IMG/VR virus record: IMGVR_UViG_3300036770_008729
Coordinates: 217,115 to 281,114 of that record
Reading direction: 5' to 3' (one strand)
DNA length: 64,000 nt
Positions within the stretch are counted from its first letter, which is position 1. Every line of letters starts with the position of its first letter. Shown piece by piece: positions 32,264-42,472 of this stretch. Made by a program: the position numbers and the translations under genes. A model generated the notes under the pieces. It did not search any database. It was given only the letters and a program-made list of their open reading frames with translations, and had not been told where the DNA came from.

Positions 32264-32551
32264 TTATAAAACATTTAATGAATCGTCAGTAATATCATCC
32301 ATCACTAAACAAGACTCATTATTAGTTTCGTGATAATTTAAAAATCCTTTTGGGTATTCAAATATTGTTGTTAATAATTTCATCCCTTCACCACAATGAG
32401 AACATTTTAATTCACCACGATATGTGTGTTCGTATTCAAAACTAATTGAGCGTTGTTCCTTATCTGTTCCTATGTGTTTCATTTCAATAAAATGTTCTTC
32501 TCTACATTCTAAACATCTTACTCTAACCAAAGGATTTTTAAATTCTACCAT
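32264..32551 (-). CDS. Cassette gene, zinc-binding protein
   Basis: CLEC...CSHC. Confidence 0.65.
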   Translation of the reverse strand: MVEFKNPLVRVRCLECREEHFIEMKHIGTDKEQRSISFEYEHTYRGELKCSHCGEGMKLLTTIFEYPKGFLNYHETNNESCLVMDDITDDSLNVL

Positions 32552-32678
32552 AAATAAACGTTTTATAACAAGGTATATATGAAATACCCTATTAAGGTTT
32601 CTACTAATTTTTAAATTAATCGTTAGGGTACTTCATATATACCCAACCGTTATGTATAATAAATTAAAAAATATGAGT

Positions 32679-34125
32679 TTATTCATTTTCCTTAATCCAT
32701 TTATCAAAAAGCTTTTGTGGATTTTTATTATAAAGTCTCCATAATGTAAATCTCATCAAATCACTTTGGTTTAAACACTTCGGATGTTCCTTAACTATCA
32801 AATCAGCTTTCTGTTCATCAGTTAAACAATGTCTCCACCAAGCAAGTGCTTCTTCGGTTGCTGGTGTTTCTTTAGCTATGTGAGATGTATTCGATTTGAA
32901 TCCATACCCTAATTGTGGAAATGCTGCCATATTTTTATTAAGTTGTATATTTTTTAATTTACTGATACATAACAACAAATATAAGAAATAAGTTTCTATA
33001 AACAAAAAAAGGAGTAATAAACTTACTCCTCATATTTGAGACCGTTATATTCAATGTTTTAAAACTTATTGTCTTTCCATTTGATAATATCATTTACAAT
33101 TTCCTGATTTCTATCCAATACTCGTTTCGCTTCCGTAAAATCTTCTTGTGATACCAGTTTAGGATTTATACATTCCACTCTCGTTTCTCCTTCTCCAATA
33201 GGAATCCAATATGAAATGATATTGTCTTCTTCCTTCGGGGAGAATTTTCTTACAACATCTTCCATAACTTTTGAAACATCATTACGATCTATATTACCTA
33301 CATAGATGTAATAAATTAAAATAATTTTTTCCATAATTTTTTATTTTTTTATTCTTTTAATTTGTATAAGTTTTAAAAAACTAAATATAACAAATGATAA
33401 ACAAAATTAAAACGATGTTTTAATTGTTTTAGAAACCCGTTCAACAAAATAATCTATTCGACTTTCTATTTCGTTATCACTTGCCATTGGTTTAAATTTT
33501 AAACCATGTTGTTGATAGTGTGATTTTACATCACAAGCACCATATGCTTCTTCAATCATAAATTGTTTAACAAGTTCCTTGAACTCATTTGTTTTTACCA
33601 TTTCTTCTTTTTTCATATGTTAAAATAATTTTTTCCATAAACATAACAAAGTATAAACAAAATAAAACCTAACAGAATAGTGCTAAGTCCCATCGTTATA
33701 AATATTCTTTTTATTCTATTGTAGTTGAAAAAGGGGTCTTTCTCAACTGATTTATAAGCGTATCGTATTTCTAATACACCAATTAAAATTGCCATTATTG
33801 TTAATATCCACATATTGTTAGGTTTTACTTCGTTTATAATAATTCATTAGTGAGAATAAAGAAGAATATAGATTTTATCATCTTCTGGTAGTTTTATATA
33901 ACCAACATCTTCCATAATAGAAATACCAGATTTTATTTTATCTTGTAAATTTGCTATTTCAGATAAAGATGATAAAATCTTCTTGTATTTTTTACCACCA
34001 ATTTCAATCGTTTCTTCTTTACTCTCACTAACATCAGATATACTCGAAGAAGTATCCTTCGAGAGTTCACTATTCAAGTTTTCTTCCGACTCGTTAAATC
34101 TCCTTATGTGTTTTAAATCTTTCAT
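32679..34125 (-). CDS. Five cassette-region genes (32679-~32930, 33059-33334, 33407-33616, 33613-33813, 33847-34125)
   Basis: Small ORFs between or inside attC-like sites; last carries MKDLKHIRRFNES tag. Confidence 0.6.
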
Positions 34126-34487
34126 CTTCGTTTATTAGTTTTTAGTATATATTAAAAAGAAAACCTAAATATATCTGAGGAACGTTATGCGTAATAAAAG
34201 ACTATATTTTATCTTTAAACTCTTTTTTGAGAATATCTATTTTATCTTGTATTTTAGAAGCTCTTTCTAAATCTCCTCTTCTCTCATATCTATTCTTAAT
34301 ATCCTGTAACATGCTGAGGTACTCATTAGAAGTTCATTAGTTGATCCTTTTTTTGATTCTGGATGAGAACAAGATTGGAGTCACAAAATGAGGGCACTTA
34401 TTACAATTAGTTTTTTCATGTTTTAATTAGATAACAAATTTAAGGATTTTTTTTAATATATAGTATAACGTAAAAAAAATAAACATT

Positions 34488-35009
34488 ATGAAATACTTAA
34501 AATTATTTGAAAATTTTCGATTAAATGAAGAGATTGATATAGATTCAGGAGCCGATAATAAAATGAGAGAACAAAGTCCTAAAATGGTTGAACAAGCCAA
34601 GAAGATTCAAAGTACTTTAAAAGGATTAAAGTTTACATCAAAAGATGTATCAGACAATGACGAAAAAGATAAACTTTGGAAAGAAGCCATTCAAAAAGTA
34701 AAAGAAAAAGAGTGTAAAGAAGCTTATGGCATTATGAAATGGTCAGGTAGTATTTGTCAAAGTTTCAGTATAATAGCACCAGCTAGTGCAATTGAAATTT
34801 TACGTCAACCCCTATATGGATGGGCTAGAAAAATATACTACAGAGAAACACCTGGTGAGTTTTGCACGTTAGAAGTTTATAACAACCCAGGAGGTAAAGG
34901 CGATTCAACATCTCTCTATATGCAATCAGACGGTGAAGTTTTATTTCAGTGGGATGACTATGAAAATGTAGCAAAAGGAAAATTAAAAGATAAAGGAAAA
35001 TCTTTATAA
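34488..35009 (+). CDS. N-terminal-tag family protein
   Basis: MKYLKLFENFRLNEE; TAATATATA 34454-34462; terminator 35012-35039. Confidence 0.65.
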   Translation: MKYLKLFENFRLNEEIDIDSGADNKMREQSPKMVEQAKKIQSTLKGLKFTSKDVSDNDEKDKLWKEAIQKVKEKECKEAYGIMKWSGSICQSFSIIAPASAIEILRQPLYGWARKIYYRETPGEFCTLEVYNNPGGKGDSTSLYMQSDGEVLFQWDDYENVAKGKLKDKGKSL

Positions 35010-35083
35010 ATAAAAACCCTCTTTAAGAGGGTTTTTTTATTCCTAAATTTGTAAATAGAAATTTATTTCTTATCTTTGCCACT

Positions 35084-35464
35084 ATGATAGATCCTAATTA
35101 TTTACAACAGGAAATATTAAAGATAAATGATAAATACCCAAATATAAACTATGGTGGGTGTGGCACATTCTCCTATCATTTACATAAGACACTAAAAGAT
35201 AAGTATAATATAGATACTGAGATTTGTTATATGCCGGGTCCTCGATGTGCTATTGAATATGATATTAAATTCACACATATCTTACTTAAATGGGAAGGTC
35301 TTCTAATAGATAATACGGGTTTTTATTTGAGTAGTGAGCATCAGGATTTAGAAAGTTTATCTCCTGATAAGTTAGAAGAAATGATAAATATTCCCCAGTT
35401 ATGGAATAATGTATTTGATATGAGTACAAAAGATGAACTCATAAAAGAAATATGGTCTATATAA
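35084..35464 (+). CDS. Small protein with possible Cys-His-Asp papain/transglutaminase-like triad
   Basis: GGCGTFS...FTHILL...LIDNTG. Confidence 0.45.
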   Translation: MIDPNYLQQEILKINDKYPNINYGGCGTFSYHLHKTLKDKYNIDTEICYMPGPRCAIEYDIKFTHILLKWEGLLIDNTGFYLSSEHQDLESLSPDKLEEMINIPQLWNNVFDMSTKDELIKEIWSI

Positions 35465-35551
35465 TCTGAATAATATGGATTCTGAGTCAAATAGAAATAA
35501 TAAAACCCTTTCAAAAAGGGTTTTATTTATAAAGAATATAATTATCCATAG

Positions 35552-35839
35552 TTAATTTCTTGGGGGATAAATACCTTCTATACAAATATAACTTTCTATA
35601 TAAGGTGTTCCATCTGGTAAGTGTTCACCTTGTGAGTAATAATTACCATCAGCTTTTCTTTTTCTTAAATCAGGTAAAACAAACGACACTCTACCATCAC
35701 CACCAAAAGTAGTTCCTAAAAGTGAAAAAAGAGCTTGATTTTCATTAATGAGCATATACTGACCATGACATGCCACCCATCCTCTGATAGGATAGTTAAA
35801 TCCAAATTGTAAAATTGATCCTAAATAACTTTCGTCCAT
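35552..35839 (-). CDS. Phage tail collar domain protein
   Basis: GWVACHGQ...ALFSLLGTTFGGDG...LPDLR. Confidence 0.9.
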   Translation of the reverse strand: MDESYLGSILQFGFNYPIRGWVACHGQYMLINENQALFSLLGTTFGGDGRVSFVLPDLRKRKADGNYYSQGEHLPDGTPYIESYICIEGIYPPRN

Positions 35840-35951
35840 AATAAATATTTTGTTTTATAAGGTGTGAATATCACACGATTGAGTTATATATTACAAACTT
35901 TATCTTTGATCGTAAAAAAATTGGCATTGTAATCTGAATAATAATTTAAAT

Positions 35952-36398
35952 CTAATCATTCATAAATAACTCCCAAACATCAGGTCGAAACTCCCTAAAG
36001 TATTCTAATTCATTATTAGTAGTCTCAACCTCACCTTTATTTCTATTCTCTTCATACTGAGCATGATGTGTAAGTTCATGAATAATTGAAGAACAAGTAA
36101 TATCCCATCTACCTACTTCATTAACTCTATTTCTCACCATACCTAATGATGGTCTCCAATATAAGATAGCGTCTTCTCTATTAGTTGGAATTTGAATAAC
36201 AGGTCTCTCATACTTAGAATCTTTATGGTCATTTCGATAATATCTTGCTCTTGACAAAGATCCACTGAATATAATATCAACTCCAGAGAAATCTACACGT
36301 GGGTATTTGTTTTTAACAAAACATAAGGCTTTGTCTAATATTTCGGATAAGTTCTCCTTATCGTATTTACCTACTGACTTTCTGATTGTTATTGTCAT
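35952..36398 (-). CDS. HEXXH zinc metallopeptidase-like protein
   Basis: IIHELTHHAQ...GEVE. Confidence 0.65.
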   Translation of the reverse strand: MTITIRKSVGKYDKENLSEILDKALCFVKNKYPRVDFSGVDIIFSGSLSRARYYRNDHKDSKYERPVIQIPTNREDAILYWRPSLGMVRNRVNEVGRWDITCSSIIHELTHHAQYEENRNKGEVETTNNELEYFREFRPDVWELFMND

Positions 36399-36649
36399 TT
36401 ATTTATATTTAGAATACAAAAGTAGTAAAAATGAGACAATTGACAAATAAATCTTTAAGATTATCTTTATGATGTATATACGTGCCGCCCTCGAGTTACC
36501 CCGTGGTTTTACCCCCGCCCTTCATACTTCAATAAACTATCGGCAAATACTTTATCTTTTCTGACATAACAAATATAAGGACTATTTTTGTAATTTTCAA
36601 AATTTTAATCTTTTTTTAATATATAGTATATAAAAATTAACATCACAAT

Positions 36650-37279
36650 ATGAAATATTTGAAACTGTTTGATAATTTCAATCTAGTAAAGGAATCGGCA
36701 GACTATGAGCCAGAAGGCGGTCCAGAAAAAAATCTTTTTATTTATGGTAATAAAACTCCGAATAATAAAATGATAATGCATACCTACTTCACCTACAAAA
36801 AGAAAAAATTTTCAGAAAATGAAAATTTGTTTAAAAAATTGATGGATAAAAAAAATTATGGAGCTGCTCAGAATTGGAAATGGGCATATGAGGATGGTGG
36901 TTTTTATGAATATATCGAAGATGATCACGGTCATATTCCAATGATTAGAATACTCAATAAAGATGGAATGCCATCAACAATTGCGGATGATGGAATCGAT
37001 TTAGTTGAAGGTTGGATATCCAGCTCTGTGTTCGCCGGTCATCCATTAAATCCACAAAACTTTAAAGATTTGACTAAACGGAATTCCAGTCCAAGCGGTG
37101 CGTTTATATGTGTGTACGAATTGGAAAAGTTCATCACCTATAACAAAATTACCCACCCAGATGGATTCAAAAAAGCTCTTAGAGCATCTGGATATGGATT
37201 CGTTGAAAATAAAAATATAGAATTTATACACGATCCACAAATTGACCCATCCACAGGATACAAAAAGTGGTCACCATAA
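36650..37279 (+). CDS. N-terminal-tag family protein
   Basis: MKYLKLFDNF; TAATATATA 36617-36625. Confidence 0.65.
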   Translation: MKYLKLFDNFNLVKESADYEPEGGPEKNLFIYGNKTPNNKMIMHTYFTYKKKKFSENENLFKKLMDKKNYGAAQNWKWAYEDGGFYEYIEDDHGHIPMIRILNKDGMPSTIADDGIDLVEGWISSSVFAGHPLNPQNFKDLTKRNSSPSGAFICVYELEKFITYNKITHPDGFKKALRASGYGFVENKNIEFIHDPQIDPSTGYKKWSP

Positions 37280-37309
37280 AATAAAAAATAAGGCAAAAAG
37301 ACAATAATA

Positions 37310-37339
37310 AAAAAAACCAGTCAATTGACTGGTTTTTTT
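37310..37339. terminator. Bidirectional terminator
   Basis: A-tract CCAGTCAATTGACTGG T-tract between convergent genes. Confidence 0.8.
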
Positions 37340-37357
37340 GTTATACAACATAGTGAC

Positions 37358-38530
37358 TTAAAAATATAAAGATAATCTCCCAAGTCTATACAACCAATTT
37401 CTTTTTGTAGAAACAATACCCCAGTTTTCAAATATATCCTGTCTGGTTGTCAAACCAGCTTCATTTGTTTCTTTCCCAGTATGGTCATCTCTAAATAAGA
37501 AATTAGTTAAAGATTCAGGTGCAGTACCACCATTGAAGTCTTGTAATTCATATCTATCAAATTTCCATCCAACCCACTTTTCATCATCAGTAAACCAATT
37601 GTGAACATAAGTATCAGTATTATATGGATCTCCAAAATTAGTAACTGGATTTACAGGTCCTCTAAATATAGTATAAGCCTTTTTCGGTCTATCTGAATAA
37701 GCTGGTTGTTCACCCTCATAAAAACAAAAATAATGTTCTAAAGGTCCCATCCAATATCCAAATAAATACTGCCATCCAGTTGTTCCACCATCAGGAGTTG
37801 GCCTGTCATTTTGCCATTGTGGTCCGTTCCAGTCATGACTATCATTCCATCTGGTATAAAATTTATCCCATACATTAGCACTATCAATATGTTTGATAGT
37901 CCATTTAGAAGGTAACATTTTTTTAGTCATCATATATTTAGATTTACCAGCTATAAAAATAGCAGCACTATCATAAGCAACATTTCCCTCTTCTGGTATC
38001 CAATCTATATTAGCCAAATCACTAATAGAAGCTGAATTACCATTGTAGGTATAAACCACCGACCAGTATTGTTCTATATTATCATTCCAAGTATCAATTG
38101 ATAATACAGTAGTATCAAAGGCGCCTTTTACTCCATCCCATACCACATTATAAGTATCTTGTAAATGGTCTGGTTTATTTTCTTTTTCGGTCCATTTATC
38201 TACAAGACCGGTAAGGAGATAAGAAACAACTTTACCACCTAATGTTCCAAAATAAGGAAATTCAATGTCTGCTATTTTTTCAAATCCATATTTCAATAGA
38301 TCGATTAGGTAATCAGAGGTGGTTTTAATGGGTGCGTTAGCAGCAACACTTATATTCTGTGTGATGTTTGCATATTCTAACTCTGATTTATCTTGGCAGT
38401 GATTGATAAATTTAGAAAGTTTTTGTAGTTGTAGATGTACTTTTTGCACTGTTGGGTCATCATATACCTTTTCTCCATTTACTATTTTATAAGTAAATTG
38501 GGGTGTTGTGGTTGTTTTTTTCTTAGGCAT
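37358..38530 (-). CDS. Hypothetical Trp-rich protein
   Basis: 390 aa ORF; no family recognised. Confidence 0.6.
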   Translation of the reverse strand: MPKKKTTTTPQFTYKIVNGEKVYDDPTVQKVHLQLQKLSKFINHCQDKSELEYANITQNISVAANAPIKTTSDYLIDLLKYGFEKIADIEFPYFGTLGGKVVSYLLTGLVDKWTEKENKPDHLQDTYNVVWDGVKGAFDTTVLSIDTWNDNIEQYWSVVYTYNGNSASISDLANIDWIPEEGNVAYDSAAIFIAGKSKYMMTKKMLPSKWTIKHIDSANVWDKFYTRWNDSHDWNGPQWQNDRPTPDGGTTGWQYLFGYWMGPLEHYFCFYEGEQPAYSDRPKKAYTIFRGPVNPVTNFGDPYNTDTYVHNWFTDDEKWVGWKFDRYELQDFNGGTAPESLTNFLFRDDHTGKETNEAGLTTRQDIFENWGIVSTKRNWLYRLGRLSLYF

Positions 38531-38630
38531 AAAATCTATCTTTTTTTTGTATATATCTTAATTCTTAATTTATACTGCACAATTCCAGATTTTAATTATT
38601 ATATATAAGTAGTAAAATTTAATCAAACAT

Positions 38631-40698
38631 ATGAAATACATTAAAACATTCGAGAGTTATGATGAATTTCCTGATATGTTTAATAACACACTGATGAGAG
38701 GAGTCAAAACTGATAAAGATGAATATATCGATGATCCTAAGTTGAGAAATATTAACACCGGTGCTTCATCTGATAAAAACTATTTAGAATTCCTGAAGAA
38801 CTATATAAAATTTGGCATTCCTGATCCAACTAAATCAATTCATATGTTTTTTAGACCAAATAGAGATTCAATTGATATGATAAGTTTTTATGGAAATTCA
38901 TATAGAGTAATTCCACAAGAGGGTACCGTATTCGGATTTAATAGAGAGATGAGAAATGGTGGATTGGGTAGTACATGGTTTTATCCACAAAGAACAATAA
39001 AAAAATACTTAGGTAAAGATCTAAATATAGATTTAGAATCAATGAGTAATGATGAGATTACTGAATATCAAAAAATGCTAATTGATAGTGGTGTAGTTGG
39101 TATATTGACTTATGAAGAATTACTTAAAATGTCTACGGAAAAAGGTGAACCTTTACAGGTTTGGACTGAATCACCTTGTTTACATAAAAAAATTTAATCA
39201 AACATATGAAATACATTAAAACATTCGAGAGTTATAATCAATCAGAGAAAGTTGATGAAAATCTTAAATCATTCATCGCTGGTACTCTATTATCATTATC
39301 ATCATTGTTTCCTGGTAAAGCAGATGCTTTTATAGGAGGTGGTGTTTCAGGTGGTCATGTTGTAGCAACAACTAACCATTCAATTAATACTCAAGAGATA
39401 AAGGATGATAGTCAACAGATAAAAGATGATATAACAGATCCAGTATTGAAAGATATAAAAAAATCAATAGATGATGGTATACAATCAAAGGCTGAAATTG
39501 ATAGTATTATAACTAAACTTAAAGCATATGCAGATAAAAACAATTCTCATAGTGATGTTAAAAAAGTATTGGAAGATTTATCTAAAATAGATTTCAATGG
39601 AGATAAAGAAGTAGTAAAAGGTGACTTACTGAAAATAATTATTAAGTTAAATGAAATGCAAAAAAGTGGATCCTTTTCTATTAATGATTTAATGGTCATT
39701 GCTATTTTATTACTTTTTTTAACACTTTTCATTAAATTGATGAATGAAAATGATTAATGGGTAAATGAATATGAAACGAATTAAGAAATTTAATGAAAAT
39801 AATCTGGATTTAGATTATGATTATATCTATAATTGTTTTGCAGAACTTATAGACGATAATAAAGCTTCTATAAGAAATTTTCAAAATGACCATCAAAGAT
39901 ATATTACCATAGATTTAAAGATGAAACCTTTTTCATCAGTTGAGGTAGGCACCAGTTCGAGATTTAATAGAACTCCCGTAGGACCGACTGAAAAGATTAT
40001 CAATTCTAAAATATTTGATTATATAGATGGTGTTAAATACAACTATGATTTACTTAAAGAAGTTGAAGTTGGATTGACGAGATTATCAGAAGAATATCCA
40101 GAGTATATAACTAACTTTGAGATATTTGATAATGTAAACTCAATTCATATTAATATATTTAATAGTTGGAGGACTTACATTAAAGAATAGAGTCTAATTT
40201 CATTTTTCTAAATTCTGATAGCGAAAACAACCCACGCATTTCATCTTCATTTAAGGTAATTGAATATCTACCCTTTTTAGAATTTTGTTCATCTATAATA
40301 CTTTTCATAGCATTCTTTATTAAAGTTAATTAATATTTTTTTTAATATATACATTATAAAATTATATTAAAAATATGAAACATATTAAAAAATTCAATGA
40401 AGGATATCTTAGTGTTTATAATGCTAAACCTATGGAAATAAACGATGCATTTGTAGGGGTTTTGTCAGCATTGGCTACTTTAGAGACTTCTTTAGAAAAA
40501 AGCGAGTTTAAACAAGGAATTCATGATCCAAAAAAAGGAATTGAAGTTCAAAGAACTAAAGAAGAATTCCTTAAGGCTGTCGAAGACATTGCAAAAGAAG
40601 TTGACTCACTTAAATCAGAATATGAAGGATCTCTTGGTAGAGGTGGTACTATGAATGTAGTCGGTAAAGGTGGTGTTTCTCAAACAAGAAGTTATTAA
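38631..40698 (+). CDS. Four N-terminal-tag family proteins (38631-39197, 39206-39757, 39765-40190, 40375-40698)
   Basis: MKYIKTFESY x2, MKRIKKFNE, MKHIKKFNE. Confidence 0.65.
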
Positions 40699-40763
40699 AA
40701 AACTAAATACCGATATCTAAAACCCCAGAATATCTGGGGTTTTGTTTTTTAATTTTAGATAAA

Positions 40764-40892
40764 AAGTCAGGACAGGAATCGAACCTGTGCTGTCATAAAA
40801 GGACTTCGGCCTCGGGTTACATCACGTATAGTTATTTCTAACACCCCGATACTATGCGACGGCTTAAGCGTTTTCCACTCCGCCACCTGACT
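40764..40892 (-). ncRNA. tRNA-shelled RNA copy 5
   Basis: Same AGTCAGG shell; insert with TCGGG/CCCGA helix. Confidence 0.7.
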
Positions 40893-40906
40893 ATTTATAT
40901 TTACAG

Positions 40907-40978
40907 TAGCCCGTACGAGAATCGAACTCGTGTCTACACCGTGAAAGGGTGCCGTCCTAACCCCTAGACGAACGGGCC
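40907..40978 (-). tRNA. tRNA-Glu(TTC)
   Basis: Cloverleaf; near copy of 44884-44955. Confidence 0.9.
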
Positions 40979-40993
40979 AAAATTGTTATTTAA

Positions 40994-41064
40994 TATAGAC
41001 GCCTTTACTTTCACGAGGTCTTGCATATCTTCTTCAGGTATTATCCCTTAGGACTCCGCCTACA
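40994..41064 (-). ncRNA. Repeated conserved-core RNA, copy 2
   Basis: Closing helix TAGGCG/CGTCTA; promoter TTTG-N20-TATGTTTG at 41078-41109. Confidence 0.6.
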
Positions 41065-41120
41065 TCAAATAACAATACAAACATAAGAATAATATTATTA
41101 ATATCCAAATTTATAGAGAA

Positions 41121-41654
41121 TTAATTTATAACCCTATCTAAATTATGAGCTATTACTTTATAAATCGGTAAATCACCATGTGGATCATTTACCTTACCTA
41201 TTGCCGGTTCTACCACCTCAACACCTAATTCCTTAAACTTATTATAATAAAGATTTACCTTTTGTTCCGTAACTGATTTATTACCACCCCATCCCCAAGA
41301 TCCTTTCACTACAAAAAGCTTTGCATTTGGAAACTTCTTTTTAATAACCTCTATTAATCCAGGTATATCTTCATTTAAATTAAAACGCCCATTTGTTCCT
41401 ATATTAATAACTACATTCTTTATATCTTTATTTAGAGAGTATTTACTAACCGCCAACTTTAACCATTCTAAGTTGATACCACCTTTCCATAAAGATGATT
41501 GTTGTGGCTTTTTATCAAGCATCTTTACTTTAGATGATTGTTTGGCGATATAAGGAGTTTGACTATCACCGATTATTATAGAATGTGGATTGGTGGTTAA
41601 TGAGAATCTTGTGAAGATAGATAAGATTATAATAAGTATAATGAGTTTATACAT
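41121..41654 (-). CDS. SGNH/GDSL-like hydrolase, secreted
   Basis: IIGDSQ, IGTNG, DPH. Confidence 0.65.
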   Translation of the reverse strand: MYKLIILIIILSIFTRFSLTTNPHSIIIGDSQTPYIAKQSSKVKMLDKKPQQSSLWKGGINLEWLKLAVSKYSLNKDIKNVVINIGTNGRFNLNEDIPGLIEVIKKKFPNAKLFVVKGSWGWGGNKSVTEQKVNLYYNKFKELGVEVVEPAIGKVNDPHGDLPIYKVIAHNLDRVIN

Positions 41655-41715
41655 ATTATTTATATATCAATTTTATTAATTATAAAAACAATATACAAAA
41701 TTTAATAAATAGTGT

Positions 41716-42393
41716 ATGAGTGGTAGAATCGCACCTAGAATAGTAACCGATAAATTAATCTTATGTTTGGATGCGGCTAACCCTAAATCATATCCTGGTT
41801 CTGGATTGAATTGGAATAATATTACTAATAATAATGTAGATTTTGTATTAAATGGCACTACTTTCAACTCATCAAATGCTGGCTCTTTGGTATTTAATGG
41901 CACTAGTGATTATGGAACTACATCATATAATTCTAATTTTGATTTATCAAGTACTGATTACACATTAGAAGGGTGGTTTAATTCAAACACATTTTCAACA
42001 CAACAATCTTTAATATCTAAAGATACATATGGAATTAATTTTGATTGGTCATTGCTTATATCAGATTCAACAACATTACTTTTTTATAGTAACGGAACTT
42101 CAACAAACGTTACTGCAACTGTACCAACAATGTCTACAGGTCAATGGTATCAATATGTTGTAACTAGTATATCAGAAACGATTAGAATTTATCTAAATGG
42201 TATTTTATATCAAACCGGATCAATGTCTACATCAAACAATAGCCAATCTCAAATTACGGTAGGTTGTTATTCCTGGAATAATCCAGATGCATTTACCAAT
42301 GGTAAAATATCAATATTAAGAGTTTATAGAAAAGGATTAACAGATAGTGAAGTATTGCAAAATTTTAATACTATAAAATGGAGATTTAAGTAA
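41716..42393 (+). CDS. LamG/ConA-like domain protein
   Basis: Paralog of 19462-20145. Confidence 0.8.
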   Translation: MSGRIAPRIVTDKLILCLDAANPKSYPGSGLNWNNITNNNVDFVLNGTTFNSSNAGSLVFNGTSDYGTTSYNSNFDLSSTDYTLEGWFNSNTFSTQQSLISKDTYGINFDWSLLISDSTTLLFYSNGTSTNVTATVPTMSTGQWYQYVVTSISETIRIYLNGILYQTGSMSTSNNSQSQITVGCYSWNNPDAFTNGKISILRVYRKGLTDSEVLQNFNTIKWRFK

Positions 42394-42472
42394 TTGGGAC
42401 GTATCTAGTGTAACAAACATGTATTATATATCAATATTGGTCTTTTAAATTGATATGATTAATATATAGTAA

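Larger units (their letters stand above)
29579..34190 (+). mobile_element. Integron-like cassette array: attI-like GTTAGTG at 29579 and 10 attC-like sites
   Basis: Sites 29705-29898, 30100-30234, 31243-31301, 31479-31617, 31842-31975, 32056-32272, 32560-32657, 32965-33051, 33384-33855 (degenerate), 34023-34190. Confidence 0.85.

Noticed and set aside
26584-40892. Group I introns or tmRNA as explanation of the tRNA shells
   Set aside because: Inserts are far too short for group I cores; no G3:U70 acceptor or tag ORF as in tmRNA.
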